Shown: piece by piece, positions 35,501 to 50,300 of the stretch
Position numbering within the stretch: position 1 is the stretch's first letter
Layout: every line of letters starts with the position of its first letter
DNA from: Marsupella aquatica
Taxonomy: Eukaryota > Plantae > Marchantiophyta
Assembly: GCA_973895155.1 (NCBI GenBank)
Contig: OZ316894.1
Coordinates: 2,992,457-3,056,456, forward strand
Length of the DNA: 64,000 nucleotides
Reading direction: 5' to 3'
Notes under the pieces: generated by a model
Databases searched by the model: none
Told to the model about the DNA's origin: nothing
The model's input: only the letters and a program-made list of their open reading frames with translations
Position numbers and translations under genes: made by a program

Positions 35501-38500
35501 CCAGCTTGTTGACAGGCACCTTCTTCGGAGGTCGTTGAGCTACCATACCATTTGAGTTTTAGTACTACTTCGAAAAACTGAGCCGTTCGATTCGTTACAC
35601 GAAGCAAATTGTCGGCCAACTCTAAACTGATTGAATCTTTGTATCTGGTTCTCACCAAGTGTAACAAGTGAGCTCTCCTCTTCATCCTTGCTGGCTGGAG
35701 TCGCTGCTGCTCCTGGGAGGAGTGTCTATCACAACAATCATCTCATAAAGCATTAACGACAACCTCCAACGCAGCTGTACTTTCCCCAAATTCTCTCCAG
35801 GCCATCCCATATATATTAATTGCATCTACGCGCATCTCATCGTTTTGAAGTCCTCAACTCTTCCATTTTCTCAGAGCAACGGGATGTACGGATCAAGTAA
35901 TAATAAACCACAAACTAGGTGCCCTCTTTTCAGGACGTGCAGCTGAATTATCTTAGGTTTGGAGAAAGAATATATCACGAATCATTCTAGACAAATAGAT
36001 CGGAACAAGTGCAAAGGACGTGAAGTGATGTCGAGCATCCTTACTTGGGTATAGAATGTTCTCGACGTATTCGACTGCATCAGTTGCCCTTCGACAGCCT
36101 TCTGTATGGTCTCCACCATACTCTCTTGATTGAGAAAACTGACCTGCCAGTTTAGAAAAAGCAACTTCGTTAGATGCACAACCCGCATTATCATAGTATT
36201 CGCAAAATAGCTTTCACAACACAAGCTAGTGATAAACAGTGTTTTTCACATCTGCTGCTACTCAGATCATGGTATTAATTTCGAAATAAGCACGCACCTC
36301 TCTTTTGGTGGGGTGAACATTGACATCCACATGTGATGGAGGCATAGCTATGGACAAATATAGGAATGGTTTGGATGCTTTAGGCAGTATCGTGGCATAT
36401 ACCACTTCGATTGCCTTTCTCAAGGTATTACATTCTACCAAACGATCTGCATATATCAATCATCAGCATCAGCTACATAACAACCTTTCAGTATGGTCAA
36501 ACGATGGTGAGACTATTTATAGCAATGTTATGAAAATTTTGAAGCTTGACAATATTCAAGAGGGGTCCGAGCAATGCCTTTCAATAAAAACTACTGTAAA
36601 CTTTCACCCATGAGAATGGACTAGTAAAATTAGCAGTTAGGACCACTGCAACTGAGAAAATTATTTAGAAGCAATCATGGGGGGTGACATGGTATTGCTT
36701 GTGACGTGATACCATTTATGAAGAGAACCATTGTCGTCTTTTTCGCACTGTAGTTGGCACTCGAGATCCAGCTCGTCAGTTGAAAAGTTGCACCCGACGA
36801 ACCATCATCAGAGACCGTCATGCGAATAAGCTCCCGAGCCACGTTTGGACCATAAACAGACCTTATGGCATTCAATGGCGAATCAGATGCTGCTGAGTGA
36901 ACGTCTGCCCTGTTTTCCCCATGCTACGGTAGATAAACAGAGAGATGAAGCATTAAGACAACGCTGCAGTTCTCTCCTGCTCAAACAAAACTCTCCTAGA
37001 TATCCATCATCTGCGAATTTTGGGGACCGAGCGGTACAAGATAGTTCCAACTTATTTGAAAATCCTTTCTACATTTGCGACTGACGTCTTCTGGATGGAA
37101 ATGGATGCCACAGACTATGTAAGCCACACTTCACAGCGAGAGAAAAATCCTTCCAGGCTTTTAAAAGGTCCACGGATCTCAATCAAAGACGGGAAGACCA
37201 AGGTATTGCAGTGAGAGCAAAGGATAAGAGATCAGCTCAGTAAAATTAAAGTAAATAAATTAACCTTTTTGCATGAAAATCTGGCTCCTATTTTGTGAAT
37301 TGCATATCGGCTGATCACATCCAGGATGCGACCGTACTCCTCGTTTGGGTTTTTAAATGCCTTTCTCCTTGCCACCACGTTGTAAAATAGATTCTCCACC
37401 TGAAAGAGATAGTCATCAAGCACCTCCGAAGTCAAGCTCCAATGAAGGTGCACCAAGCAAAGTTTGACATGCCATCGTAATAACTTGAACTCGGCTGCAG
37501 CTTCCATAAATATGTGAAACTACACACAAAATGAAAATTCATTGATTTGTGGTTACACAGGCATGAATAAATAGCTTGCACTAACCGTGACTAGTGTTCC
37601 TTTCAGTGCAGCACAAGGCCGTGGATTTCCCACCATAACCCCATCCTTATATGATGCCCTACAGCAATGAAACAACCGGATTGTGATACTCGTCTCGCAT
37701 CAGAGAATAAGCCTTTTCTCTGTAACAGAAGAACTTCCATCTCTCTTCAATATATGGGACCCCTATTGAATCTAAGTCCCATACAAGTGTCAGCTTGCAT
37801 CAGACACATGTCAAAGACAGTTCTTACTTGTAACCATGAGTTTTGCCTTCAGTCATCGTCGTCACGGATACGTGGGCAACGTAAGTCATGCTTGCAAGGG
37901 CCTCTCCCCTAAACCCCAGAGTATTGATGCTTTGTAGGTCTTCAAAGTCGCGAAGTTTTGAGGTTGTGTGCCTTTCGCAGAGGACAGGAAGGTCTTCGAG
38001 CTGCCATCCGAACCCCAGAACAAAGATTCAATCCACCGTTAGTAAGGTCTCACTTCACTGTCAGTTGGACTGGCGAGCTCATGATTGGAACATATGGAGG
38101 CAATGGATCTGCTGCTTCTAGCTAATAATGAATGATTGTTGCTAAGGCCAAGCCTCTTGTGGCAGCACTCTTGCCGTATTTCACCTGCCGTCCCCTTGTT
38201 TCAATTTCACTCGGTTTCACTGAGTAGCACAAATAATATTTCGTCAACGCGTATGGGCACAAGATGTTGTCTCTCTACACCCAAACGATATCAGGCGGGA
38301 CAGAAAAATAACAGAAGTCCACAATCTGTGAAGGGATCGAATAGGCATGATTTACGCCGGCGTAACGACCTCGACTTAATTATAAAATTGGCCGACAGTC
38401 ATGACAATACAAAGAATTACGAACAATAGAATGAATAATAGAAAACTACGCCGACTGATGAGCCCGAAGACGTTGAAAGGTTCTCAAATTGAAATCCAAT

Positions 38501-38908
38501 TGAATTGAATTAATTTCGGGGTTCAAATCAATTCAAAAAGAGGGAAGGGACAGAAAGTACTCGACAGCGACAGCTTGTCAAAAGAAAACCAAATTCAAGT
38601 GAACAGATATGATAGCACAAACGGACCCGAATTCCGTGTCCATTGTCGCTAATTTGGATGAGTTTAAGCCCGCCATCCTTCACAATCACGCTTACAGTTG
38701 TAGCGTCTGCGTCTAAACTGTTCTCGAGCAACTCTTTCAGAGCGGACGCTGGCCTCTGTATTACTTCCCCTGCTGCTATTCGGTTTACCACTGCTTGTTC
38801 CAAGCGACGGATGGGAGCTGGTTGCACAACGGGTGGAGGCAAATCCAGTTGTTCTCCAAGTGGTAATGGCAAATCCATGTCCGGCAAATCTTCACCCGTC
38901 TCCACCAT
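32570..38908 (-). CDS. MLH1: DNA mismatch repair protein MLH1 (MutL homolog 1), ~749 aa, 16 exons
   Basis: GT-AG exons: 38908-38627, 38000-37828, 37658-37586, 37399-37265, 36923-36713, 36446-36298, 36143-36045, 35725-35656, 35539-35401, 35118-35024, 34761-34653, 34054-33898, 33779-33618, 33390-33246, 32913-32708, 32614-32570 (2250 nt, in frame). Motifs [43 protein letters not shown] and terminal LYKVFERC*. Confidence 0.97.
33082..33212. repeat. ~55-bp direct duplication inside MLH1 intron 14
   Basis: accatcgcagg.aa.cactctgaaaagccaaaca.gggc..a.tatgcgcagac at ~33082 and ~33158. Confidence 0.75.
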
Positions 38909-40638
38909 TCCTAGGAGAGTAGTTTAGGACCAAATTAGGTTCTCCGTTTAGTTTAGCATTCAGAGAACTCCATCTCCACCGAGCAAAGAGAATTGCAGGA
39001 CCTCCCGAAATAACGACCGAATCAGTTTGCTGACGCCCTCTTCGTCTCGCACCACAATCTCAAAAGAAAACACCATCTGCAGCCTGCCTTGTACTAATTC
39101 GCGTAATTTGAGTTATAAAGGCCTAAACCCTAAACCTAGGATTCACTGACGGTCTGCATCGGAAAACCAAGATTGTTTTGCTGACGCGGTCTTCAGCTGG
39201 CAGCAACAACTCTAGGCGATGACACAATCTGCAGCCTACTGTTCTCATCTTAGGTAGAATTGAGGCATTTAGGGACGACAAGCACAGAGCCGACGGACCG
39301 GTGAGAGCATCCGCATCTTTCACACCGGCTTTTCAATTGCCAGTGAAAAGTCGAAACGGGGAGATTCAGCAGCGGAGTCGATCTCTTTGCGATGGAAACT
39401 CAGAGCTGGTCGCACTCTGCAGACTTTCATCTGCCGCAGCTGTTCAGAGGCTGAAACTCAGCTCAGCGCTCTGGAACAAAGGGAATCGAGCTTTCTCGTG
39501 GAAATCGAAATTAGAGATGACAGCTCAGGGAATGGAGAGCACGAATGCGGTTCTCCATCAACATTACTCTGTCTATTTCTTCACCCTTCCGGAGTACAGA
39601 ACGTTTCACCATAAGCGGACCAGCTCAAATTGACAAACTGATTTGAGATTCTGTTGAAAGCAAGGGCTGAAGAAACACTCCACATGTGTGATCGTTGCGC
39701 TTCAGCATTACGTACTCTGTTTTTCAAAACATTTTCCCGCCAAACTCGAGTTAATACACGACGTATTTTTGGGGGCAAACAAAAGCCAAATTAGATCATA
39801 CTAAAATTTTGAGCTATACGGCTTTTTACTAAGGTGTCCTCCAAATTGACCCAATTTAGTTACTCCTCCCCCAAACTAAATTATTTCTCAAGTGTCCCAC
39901 ACCCCCCCCCAATTTGTATATTGGGTTAAGTAAACCACAGGAGTTAACCTGAGGTTGGCCCTCATTGGTCTGATGCCACATGGCAAGGTGCTACTTGCGC
40001 GCTACCCTGGTCAAGAATACTCGGGCCGCTCCTCACCCCCTATTGCAAATTAGGGTCATTGGGCCCTTTTGGCTGACGATCACCCTGCTCCTGCCCAAAG
40101 CCTCCCAAGCCCTACAACTGCCCTGCGCAAACTCCCGTTTTCTCCCCAAAAAAGTTTGAGTGTTTACACATTTGCCCCTTACATAGGTGTAACTGTTTTT
40201 TACCTTCACGAGGGCAACGATTACTGCAAGAAAGAAGGGAAATAGCAAAGGGAAGAGGGTGCAAGGGAAGGTGTACGACCTCCCATTGCGGTCTGTCGAC
40301 CTCTTAAGCCTGGCGTCCCCATCCCCGGCAGCTCTATCCTGAATTTTATACATTCAAGTCTTCAATGTCCTGCAGCTTATTTTGAATGCGAGAGAGTTAG
40401 CGTTGTTGAGGCAGTCACCCATAGCACGTCAAGCAAGGGCCTGGACCAGGGCGGGTAGGACTGCTATCAAATTATCCCTTAGAATTGATAAGTATACTAA
40501 CTTGAAGACTTCCCCTAGCCCATTGGTAAGCACTTCCGCCTCCCAACCAGCAGGTTCGAGGCTCACGCAAAGTGAAATTATGCTCATTTGCATCTACAAT
40601 TGTTCCCTTTATTAAGGTACCAAAATAGAACAAAAAAA

Positions 40639-40666
40639 CCCTAAACCCTAAACCCTAAACCCTAAA
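40639..40666. repeat. Short interstitial plant telomeric repeat (CCCTAAA)4
   Basis: Four perfect CCCTAAA units. Confidence 0.85.
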
Positions 40667-43240
40667 CCAAATCCTCATGAGTGAGTACATAAATGTAGGG
40701 TTTTAGGTTTCACAGGCAATAGGGAAAAGGGATGTGGAGGCAAAGGGGCAATGTGGCTAGGCATATCACTCATTTGCAAACTCTAGTCCCCAAAGTACTC
40801 TTTCTTGTCTGGTCTCTTCTCTTTCCCTTTGTATTTGTTCACATATTTGTTTTGTCCATTTTTTTCATTTTATCGTGTATGGCATGGCATCCCGTCTCTG
40901 TGTAAAGGTTAGGGATAGTTTGTTACAGGTTAGAGGTGTTTTCTTATAGATAGGGGTTTGGCTTTAGCATAGGGTTCTATGATAATAGGGGGCCAGCCCC
41001 CCGATCTTCCAAATGGGGGGCAAAAATGTCAACCAAGGGGAGGGGGGTCCACCAAGAGAGCGTTATTTGAGTGATGATACAGATTACAAGAAGATACGGA
41101 GATTAGATACCAAGCCACAAATCTGGGTCCCACTTGAACTGTGGAATGAGTGGGAGGACCTCCGAGATTTGCTTGGACCAGACGCAACACACTCTACCAT
41201 TATGACATGGCTGCCCGATCGCGTGCGACCTACGGTTGAGGAGCTTTGAGCATGACGAGTAGCAAAGGCAACCCAAACTTGGCCCGAGGCAGTACTGGCA
41301 CCCACGGGTAGCGAGATCCAGGTCAGCCTTCACAACCACCTCAGGTGCGGACACTCTTCTATTTGCTGATTTAGTTATGGCTTCCATCATTGCATTGCAA
41401 GTGAGTCAAGATATATATTGTTTTCCATAAATTGTGTTCAAGCTTTAGGTCTCCTAGGTTATCATCTTCGATATGAAAATTGCATGAGGTAGTGTTTTCA
41501 TTGCATGTTTTCCCCTCTTCACCCAATTTATTAGCCAAACCAACACATTATGGTACAGACTTTCGTTGTAACCCACATGTGAAGTAAAATAACAAACCAA
41601 AAATGGATAAATTATGAACCCAAAAATTAGGATACACCTTTTAAACCCAGAATTAGGGCACACGTAACATACCTAATATTACCTAATATAATACCAAACA
41701 ATAAAATTTGGGTCGCAAAATTTGGGAAAGCATTACTAATACCCATTGGCACCCATTGTTTGTCCACAAATAGCCAACTCTATCGGGTGTCCCCACTTTC
41801 TATCCTTCATAAGCTGATCGCCCTGCCTTCAGGACATGACCATGGCCCAAGTAGCTAGCCCTCAAAACTCAGAGTCTGTCTGGGGGTCCGTATGCCCGTC
41901 CGTATGGTCCACCCTTGGCTTCGCCCTTCCCATGACCTAACTAGCTCCTAACTCCAATCTAAGTCCCTTGTATGCGCCACTAGCTCAATGCATCACCTTT
42001 GCTAGTGCAACACTTTCTTGTCCACAAGTTTCCTCATAGTTAGTCCCCTCCAAATGGCCGTCCCTGGGGGCTTGGACCATAGAGGATCTTGGCGTCAGAG
42101 TTAGTGCTGTCGAAGCTAAGTGGTAGTATGGTGAAGTTTTGTGACTCTTTTGTCACAATACCAAAGCAGCAAATTAGGGTAGATTATTATTGGGTCGTGT
42201 TTAGGGTTTGGGTTACCATAGAATTGTGTCGTCATACTCCCTAGAATAAAATTCTAATGTTTTCAATGTTTTTGCATCATCTATAATTTCCAAGAACATT
42301 ATCCAAGATGCAAGGGATTCACATGTCTTGGAGGATATTCTCTTGGAGGAGTAAATTGTTGAACGATATGCTTTGGATGCAGAAGATAAAAAAATTTATC
42401 AAGATGATGATCCAAATGCTCTCACGGCTTTAGGAGCAAACTTCACTATGAATGAGGGTATTGTCTAAGTATGAGTCTCTCCTTCCAACACTCTAGTATG
42501 CAAAGGTAATTCCATTATAATTAATACAAACAAATGGGAAAATGTCTGATTGCCAACTTTGTGGGGTTCTTTTACCAAGAACCATCAATTGTCCCTGACT
42601 CTCAACCTATATGACCTGCTTCCATTGGTGATCCTATTTAAGCTTTCTTTAGTTCTTGACTCTCATTCTACGGGACCTTTAGACACAAGTAATGTTTAGA
42701 GCACCACGTACCTCATCTTCCAACTACTATTGCATTTTTTGAGTGCTACCTGATGGTTACTTTTGTGGATAGGCTATTTGAGGACTCCGAGAGCTAAGCG
42801 AGTGACAAAATTGCATCAACTTTAGTCAATTCACATGGTTTTGGGGAGGTTGGTCATGCTTAGACTTTTGTTACAGGCGACAATGAGTTTGGGAGGTGTT
42901 CTTCTTTGATTATCCCTTAGTTGTATTCCCGGTTGTATTATTCCACCCGTTGTGTAGGCCTCACCTATACGTTCTTAGTTGTTGTTGCAACGCATCTTGG
43001 CTCCAAAAATATCATTCAAACTGTTTACAAAATTATTCTCTTACATGTCCCTACTGCAGTAGATTGGCATGACTTTCAAAATGGTCATGGGCGACCTCAC
43101 AATGGGTAGATAGTTGAAACAACAGTGATGTGTGGCAAGAGCTGAAGAATGAGATTGAGCAGAGGCAAGCAACTGAGATTGGTAAGTAATTGAATGTTAT
43201 AGGCCCTAAATGATTTTTTAGGGTACTCAAGGGTTATGCT

Positions 43241-43315
43241 TAGTGTAGTGTAGTGTAGTGTAGTGTAGTGTAGTGTAGTGTAGTGTAGTGTAGTGTAGTG
43301 TAGTGTAGTGTAGTG
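43241..43315. repeat. (TAGTG)15 pentanucleotide microsatellite
   Basis: Perfect repeat. It explains the HYTTL-repeat spurious ORFs. Confidence 0.95.
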
Positions 43316-45559
43316 TACATTTTGCTGAAGTTTCAACATTGAATCGGACTATAGGATTGAGATCATTGTGACACTCTATTATTGTTGTAAAGAAGTATGA
43401 AAAATCAGCCTGGACCTCTTTCAATGTTAGTGACAATCCTGACAGTGGGTGGATCAACCTCAATACATCACTAGGATCCTACCAAGTTAGATTGTAGGTC
43501 CCATACATTGCCATGTTCGATCAATGTGGCTTTCATTTTTTTAACTATTGCCATGTTTGACACATAAGAATTCACATCAATTACGACACACACTCATAGC
43601 AAAGATTGCATTGCCGCGAGCAAAGGTTCTCAGACTAAAACTATAGTCCTTCCAGCAGAAAATGCAGTACTACATTGTGACTTGCAACAATAGCAGCAAA
43701 GAGGTGACAAACTTGCAGCAAGCTAGAACATCCAAATTGCAGCCTGAACTCCAGCAAATAGGGCACAGACTTGTATCAGTAAATTGCAGCCCAAACTCCA
43801 ACAAAGGGACCAGATTCACCGCCAAAAATTGCAGCCACAACCCAAACTCTCAAACAATAGCACATTTGTAACTTCTTTGGTCAAGCTCAAGCTAAAGTAA
43901 CAGCAGAGCTTTAATGAACAATATGAGCCAAATTTTGCAAGAGAATTGTGAACAAAATCCAGCCAAATTGATCAGGAAAAATCAAGCACAAAAATGATCA
44001 GCATTAGATCAGAAATATGCAGCACCCGGGGCAACACCCTCTGGCGGCCTGATGAGGCAATAGAGGAGGCAAGCAGCAAGGTTGGGCAGTGAGGCAACAA
44101 GAGCTTTGCAGGGCTGGCTATGGCAGCCACCATGTCTTTGAAGTGGGGAGGCGAGCAGGGCTGCTCCTTTGCTTTGCAAGGACTGCTAGGGCTGGAGCCT
44201 GGGAGTGCTGCAGTGAGTGGGTAGGCAGGCCCTGCATAGGCCTGGTTGGCAGCCCGTGTGAGGGACGGGCTAGGCATGACACCCCTCCAGTCTGTCCCAT
44301 CTGGGGAGAGTGACCAGTACGCATGGGCAGAGCCTTAGAGGGTCTTTAAACCCCAAGTTTAACATTTTCTCTTCAATGTGACATTGGCCACCGTAGAGAA
44401 AAAACAAAAACCTGAAAGGCTACCTTGGTACATATTGAACCCGCTTAGTACAAAGATTGATGAGGGTGGAAATATTGCGAAATGTAGCTTTTTGGGGTAT
44501 TCTTTGTTTTTCCTTGATCATTACATCTGAATGAATTTAAGGAGAACTGTCACATGGTGACCCCATGGTTTTGCAAGAAACAGGATAATAAGACCCCCAA
44601 AAGTCATTCAGATGGAGGTGCAATTTGGTATACTTTTGCCACTAAAAAACCCTTCATCATTTTGTTTGTAGGATACTTATTATGTCAAGGATGCCAAAAA
44701 GGCTACCCATGGGACCATACCCATCTTCCCAAAAAATACAACACCATGGGACTAGATTTGAATAGTGGCACAAGAGTTTAAAGAATATATTTGACTTTCG
44801 AACAACACAATGGTGTGTTCAAAAAGCAATATCATGAATATTCAAGATGGAAGAGCTTTGATACATGTTCCTTGGCCAACTGTAGCTTTCAATCTTGTGC
44901 TTGTATTCAGAACCAAAGTTTTTGAATGTTAGTATCTTGGTTCAAATTGATACACTAGAGCCATCTTCAATACAAAATATCAATCAATCTATACACATTC
45001 AATTTGTTCTACTAAATTCATCATACAGTAGTGAAGGCGACTTCAAACTAGTAGTCCATATGTTGATGCATTATCTCTTTGTAACTCTAGAGATAAATTT
45101 ATTTATTTTAATTACTCTGATATGCATCATCATGCTTATAAATAGAATAAGGTACATTGGGGATAATCCATTCTAACTTTTCTTGACCACTAGAAGATTT
45201 AGCCATACTTTGAGCCATGCCAATCTTTTTAACATTCATTTCTTTGCTATCCAAGCCAAAGGACACCCCACCTTGAAGTTTCCCAAAAGACTTGAAGCCT
45301 TAAGATCTTATCAATCATCTAAAGAATTATCATTTAATCATTCCTTTGTTATATGACCAAGCAATGCACCACCTTTAAGTTCCCAAAGATATTTCAACCT
45401 TTTAAAGATCTATCACTCGTTCATTTGCTATTCGGGCTAAAAATTGTCTCCCCCCTAATTCTCACTTGTAGAAAATGAGAATTTAAAGAGAGACTACATT
45501 TGGTTAACAACTAAAAAAGGAGTGGAATGCATGAGTCCCTCTCATCTTTGTTTATAATG

Positions 45560-45930
45560 CCCAAGAGTTTGCTAGAGTATGTAGCACAAATATCATAGAA
45601 AATGTAGTGCAAGTATAACATGCACCCTATAGAATGCATAATGTAGATTGTATACTAGTGTAACATGCATGTTTTAAATCATACCTAATGGCGTGCATAC
45701 TCTGTATTGTACACTACAATATGCATGTGATACATTGTACATTGTAGCATGTATATTGTGAGTCAATTGTATACTCTTACATTGTAGCATGCATATTAAA
45801 GATTAAATATTATAGCATGCATGGTATATACAGTACATTGTAACACACACACTGTAGATTGTACACAATAAAATACATATTATAGATAGTGCATCGTAGC
45901 ATGCATACTATAGATTGTATACTACTAGTG
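45560..45930. repeat. Degenerate AT-rich short-period tandem repeat
   Basis: Recurrent tgtagcatgcata / gattgtatac motifs. Confidence 0.5.
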
Positions 45931-46954
45931 AATGTGCCCTTATTATTTATGTAACCATATATAATAATTTTTCCTATTTTTTCTATTTAATTATACAAAT
46001 TAATGGTTGATCATATTAGATATCATCACACTACCTAGAACACAAGTTCACATGGTCATAATATAGTTACATAGATCATAGATTAGAAATTGTAAATAAC
46101 CTTTAAATCACATATTATGTTGATTAAAAAATATACATAATAATCTAAAACATGCAATGATCAATCTCAAGTGAGATGCTGTAGCTATGGCTTTTAGTTG
46201 AAAATTTATCGTGTATGAGAAACTATCACTATTTTGGGTGGGGAGGGGGCAATTCACTTCCACAGACGTGGCATATGTGCGACAAAATATAGGCCCATAT
46301 AAATGGGTGTGACAAAAGAGAAGTTTTGTGGAAGAACAAATATGGCATGCTTTATTGATTGATCGGCTTTAAAGAAAAATAAGCCTATTTAATTATAAAA
46401 AATACTTTAAAAAAAGGTTTGAAGGGTTTTTCAGTAAACAATGACAAATTTTAAAGAAACAAAGGATGTTGCAAAATAAATTTGACTTATAAATTAGGGG
46501 GGTCAAGCTTGAAAATGTTGCATGCAATGTATGGCCCTCCGTATAGTGACCCTTTCTCCCCCCCCCCGAGATCACTATCAATGTTACAACTGGTTATTAT
46601 TTAGCTTTAAACATAGTTGTTGTGCAATCCATAAATAATTACATTAAGTTTTTACATTATCAAGTGTCCAATAAGAAGGGTGATTGTCCTCGAGTGATTG
46701 TTAATCCTTGCCATAGTCTTTAGTTGCTAGATTAATATAGTTTCTTGCCGTGGTCTTCACCTATTGTATTGGTGTAATCTTTTGCGGTGTGGTTTTCAGT
46801 TGTTGTAATGGCATAATCTACCCTGAATTTGTGTAAGCTTCATTCAATCTTCTAGCTCTTTGAAGAGAAAACAAACTTATGATTCATAAAGATACTGATT
46901 GCAAAACTCCAGGAAGCGTGTTTATTAATTGTTTAACAATGCTCATTGCATCCT

Positions 46955-47366
46955 ATAGCCTCTATGCTCTCTTGTCAGATTTATCGCCGCATCTCTCAAT
47001 TTATTTGAGCTACTTCTATGGATAGTGTATCACATGCTACTCTGATAGCTTCTGTGCTATATTGTCAGATTATCCGCTTTAGTCTCTTATTTGAGTTCGT
47101 GATACTATATCTCTAGTTCCATTCATTTGAGCTGCTTTCTAAAGACAGTGTATCACATGCTACTCTAATAGCCTCTATGCTATCTTGTTATCCACTTTAG
47201 TCTCCTATTTGCATTCATGATAGCGTCCGTCATACCCCATCTCTCAGTTTATCGAAGCTGCTTCTAAGGATAATGTATCAAATGCTACTATAATAGTTTC
47301 TATATGCTATCTTGTCGGATTATCCGCCTTAGTCTCCTATTTGCATCCATGATAGCGTCCGTCATA
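46955..47366. repeat. Degenerate ~120-bp tandem array, 3-4 units
   Basis: Recurrent gtgtatcacatgctactct.atagc.tcta.gcta..ttgtc.gattatccgc.ttagtctc.tatttg. Confidence 0.75.
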
Positions 47367-50300
47367 TCGTGTTGCATCTCGTGTCTTAACTGCTGCTATA
47401 CCTATTTATTATTGCATTACTCAATGCTGATACAACAAAAAATGCTTAATCATTGGTATTTGCAACCTTGACGCAGTTACTTTGAGTTGCTCCATGCTCA
47501 CAAAGGAGCAAATGCAAAACTTCACGAGACAAGAATTACAGGATCTGCAGGATATAGTGGGCAACCCCTACAACTAGTCTATGGCTGAAGCAATTATCTG
47601 CTGATGTCAAACACACTCTGTAAATTTGCTTGTTCTCCATGGAACAAGGTGATCTTGTTACTTTCCTAGGAGGAGGTCTTGCGAATTTTTGCACATTAAT
47701 TTTTTCTCCTATTTTTGAGAGCGTAACTCAACTATAACTTTGCTCTTCATCGCCCAACTTTGCTATACAATTTTTGTTTTGGATAAATATCCAGATTACC
47801 CATTTCTTAAATAAATATACATGTGATGCCAAAAATAATATTCCAAAAAAAGATTCTTTACTATTTTGATTCATCTTTGCGGCTTCATTTTAGACAATAG
47901 TCCCTATTTTTCTTTGTCTTTTGTCTATATTACTCTCTCCTCCAATTATGCTCTTAGAATCATAGTCTATCCCCATCTTTATCTGTGTATGCATTCTCAA
48001 TTTCAGTTATTATGTTCTTAGAGTCACCGTTTAGAGGTTTCACTCTAGACATTGGGTCCAAGTGGTAGCTTTTGATTGCGATCATATAACTGGTAGTTTG
48101 ATTACCTATTCCTTTGAATATAAATGGGGATGAGGAGAGGAAACAAATTTGAAGCCCCATGGACCACAATGTTGGTCTTTAAAACCCCCATTGATCACAT
48201 TTCCTATTATTTGATTTTAGTTGTAATAACTTGATATTAATAAATTCAAATATTTTGGAAAGTGAGGCCCGGATGGACCTCCATGTTGGATCACATTTTG
48301 AGGTTTCAATCACAAAATGCAATGTATACATTCCATTGGATTAATTTGCATTGCGTTAGCATGAAATATTTGGGCTTGTGCTTTTTTATGTCTCCTCCTT
48401 CTCTAATGGTCTTGCAGGTGCAAAGCTAAACATTATTTTAGCACTCCTAGTCATTCACTTATGGACCAAAAATCCCCATCATCTAGAGTAGTGATTGAAC
48501 ACCCTACTAGCCCTGAATGTATATATCAGATGCAAAAGATTTTTAGATGCACGCCGAGTTGTGAGTAAAATGTTCCATTCAGTTAAAAAGCCCTCTACAA
48601 ATTCCCTGTTTAGGAAGATCTACAAAGATCAAAATTGGCAAGCTCTCTCCCACAAGCCTAGTTTCATGTTAGATATAATCCCTATTCCTGTGCTATGGAA
48701 ACAAAATTCTCGGGATGCAAAAATCCAAATTGCTATAAAGTCCAGTATTTGCTTGTACTTGAAAGAGTAAATGAATCAAACTTAGAGTCCACTTGAGATC
48801 CAATAATAACCTGGAAGCCCAAAGTATACAATAAAGCTAGCAGAGTATCTAAATTTTGCTATACTGCTATATGGTGATTCCGCCTTTCAAATTTTGTGTT
48901 ATTCCAAATTCTTGTGTCAGGTATTTTTATTCAATGTGCCTTATCAAGGGGCATCCTTAGTATCATATAGATTTTAAATTTATTTTTGGACCCTTTTAAT
49001 TTTTGGTATTTTAGAAAATTTTGAACTCTTTTGGCAGCCCTCTTGATTGTTATTATCTTGAACAAAGTTTCCAATACTTCTCCTCGGGGGTCTCACTATA
49101 TGGAGGCCTCCCCATCACTTGCGACCTTTTTTGGCCTTGGACCCCCTAAAATGCTATTTTTCAACCCCTATAAAGTTAAAATATTTCAAAATTTTGGTTA
49201 AAATGACCCTAATGTTCTTATAAGTTTCAAAAATGATTTCAAAAACCCTATTGTTCTTTTGATAAAATTCTTAAATCTTCACTATGAATCAATAAAATGA
49301 CATTATTTTTTGTTGCACTTGATGTGCTAATTTTGTGGAAGTGAAACCCAAACTGAAACCCTCGAGGACTTCTTATGAATAAGAGAAATGACTTTACACG
49401 ACTTGAACTTATCTTGTCTTAAACCACCACTGTCCATATAAAAATAGAAGTATTCAAGACTTCTCAGTTTTTCATGTTCCTCTGCTCTAGTGTGATACAG
49501 TTACACTCCAGAATTTTAGGAAAAATGTATTTAAAATAGTAAAACCCGGTGGATCCTTTTTTCTCTCCTCTAGTGGGATACTTAGCTCCACAATTTCAGG
49601 AAATATGTATTAAAAATGGTGAAACCTGGTGGATCCAAGGTTTGACATAGACAATGGCGCTTTAAGCTTCTAGGTCCTTCATGACAGAGCTATCAACTTT
49701 CAATATCATTGTGCCAAGTTCAATTGACTAAAACAGACTTTTGAAATATTAGTGTAGCTTTGTGACAAGGTGAGTCAATGTAATGTTATCAAAGATCCTT
49801 GCTAGAAATTCCTCCCATATCATGACATGTGTCTCGATTCTACTATAATTAATTGCAATTTTGTATTTACGACCCCATGAGAGGTCCCTTCCAAAATTCC
49901 TGGCACCAGAGCATGCCATGTCAACAACAACCGCAACAAACAAGACTCATCAGGTTTATGAATCAATTTACAGTTTTCATTTGTGTTTGCGTCAATTTGG
50001 GTGTAAATTTTGGGACGTTATGCCGTAAAAAGAAATGTAAAAATTTAGAAATGCAAAGAGCAAGACCGGTAAAATTGTCACTATGTAACCGTTTTAGTTA
50101 CGTATCCAATTTTAAAAATTAAATTCAAAGATTTAAAAAGTATTTTTCAAATAATAAACAATGACTAATAACTAACTTGATAACTTCCTTGTTAAAGGGT
50201 AATTGGCACATGGAGTAAGATTTTTAGCCTTTTGCAATTCAGGCAAACTGCCACCTATGGTTGGAACCTGAACTCAATGAATTGATTCAATTCATTTGAT

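Noticed and set aside
43097-43463. HYTTL-repeat ORFs
   Set aside because: Translations of the (TAGTG)n microsatellite.
44800-48800. Possible decayed transposase fragments (44.8-45.4 kb and 47.9-48.8 kb)
   Set aside because: Too many stops and no diagnostic motif to assign a family by eye.
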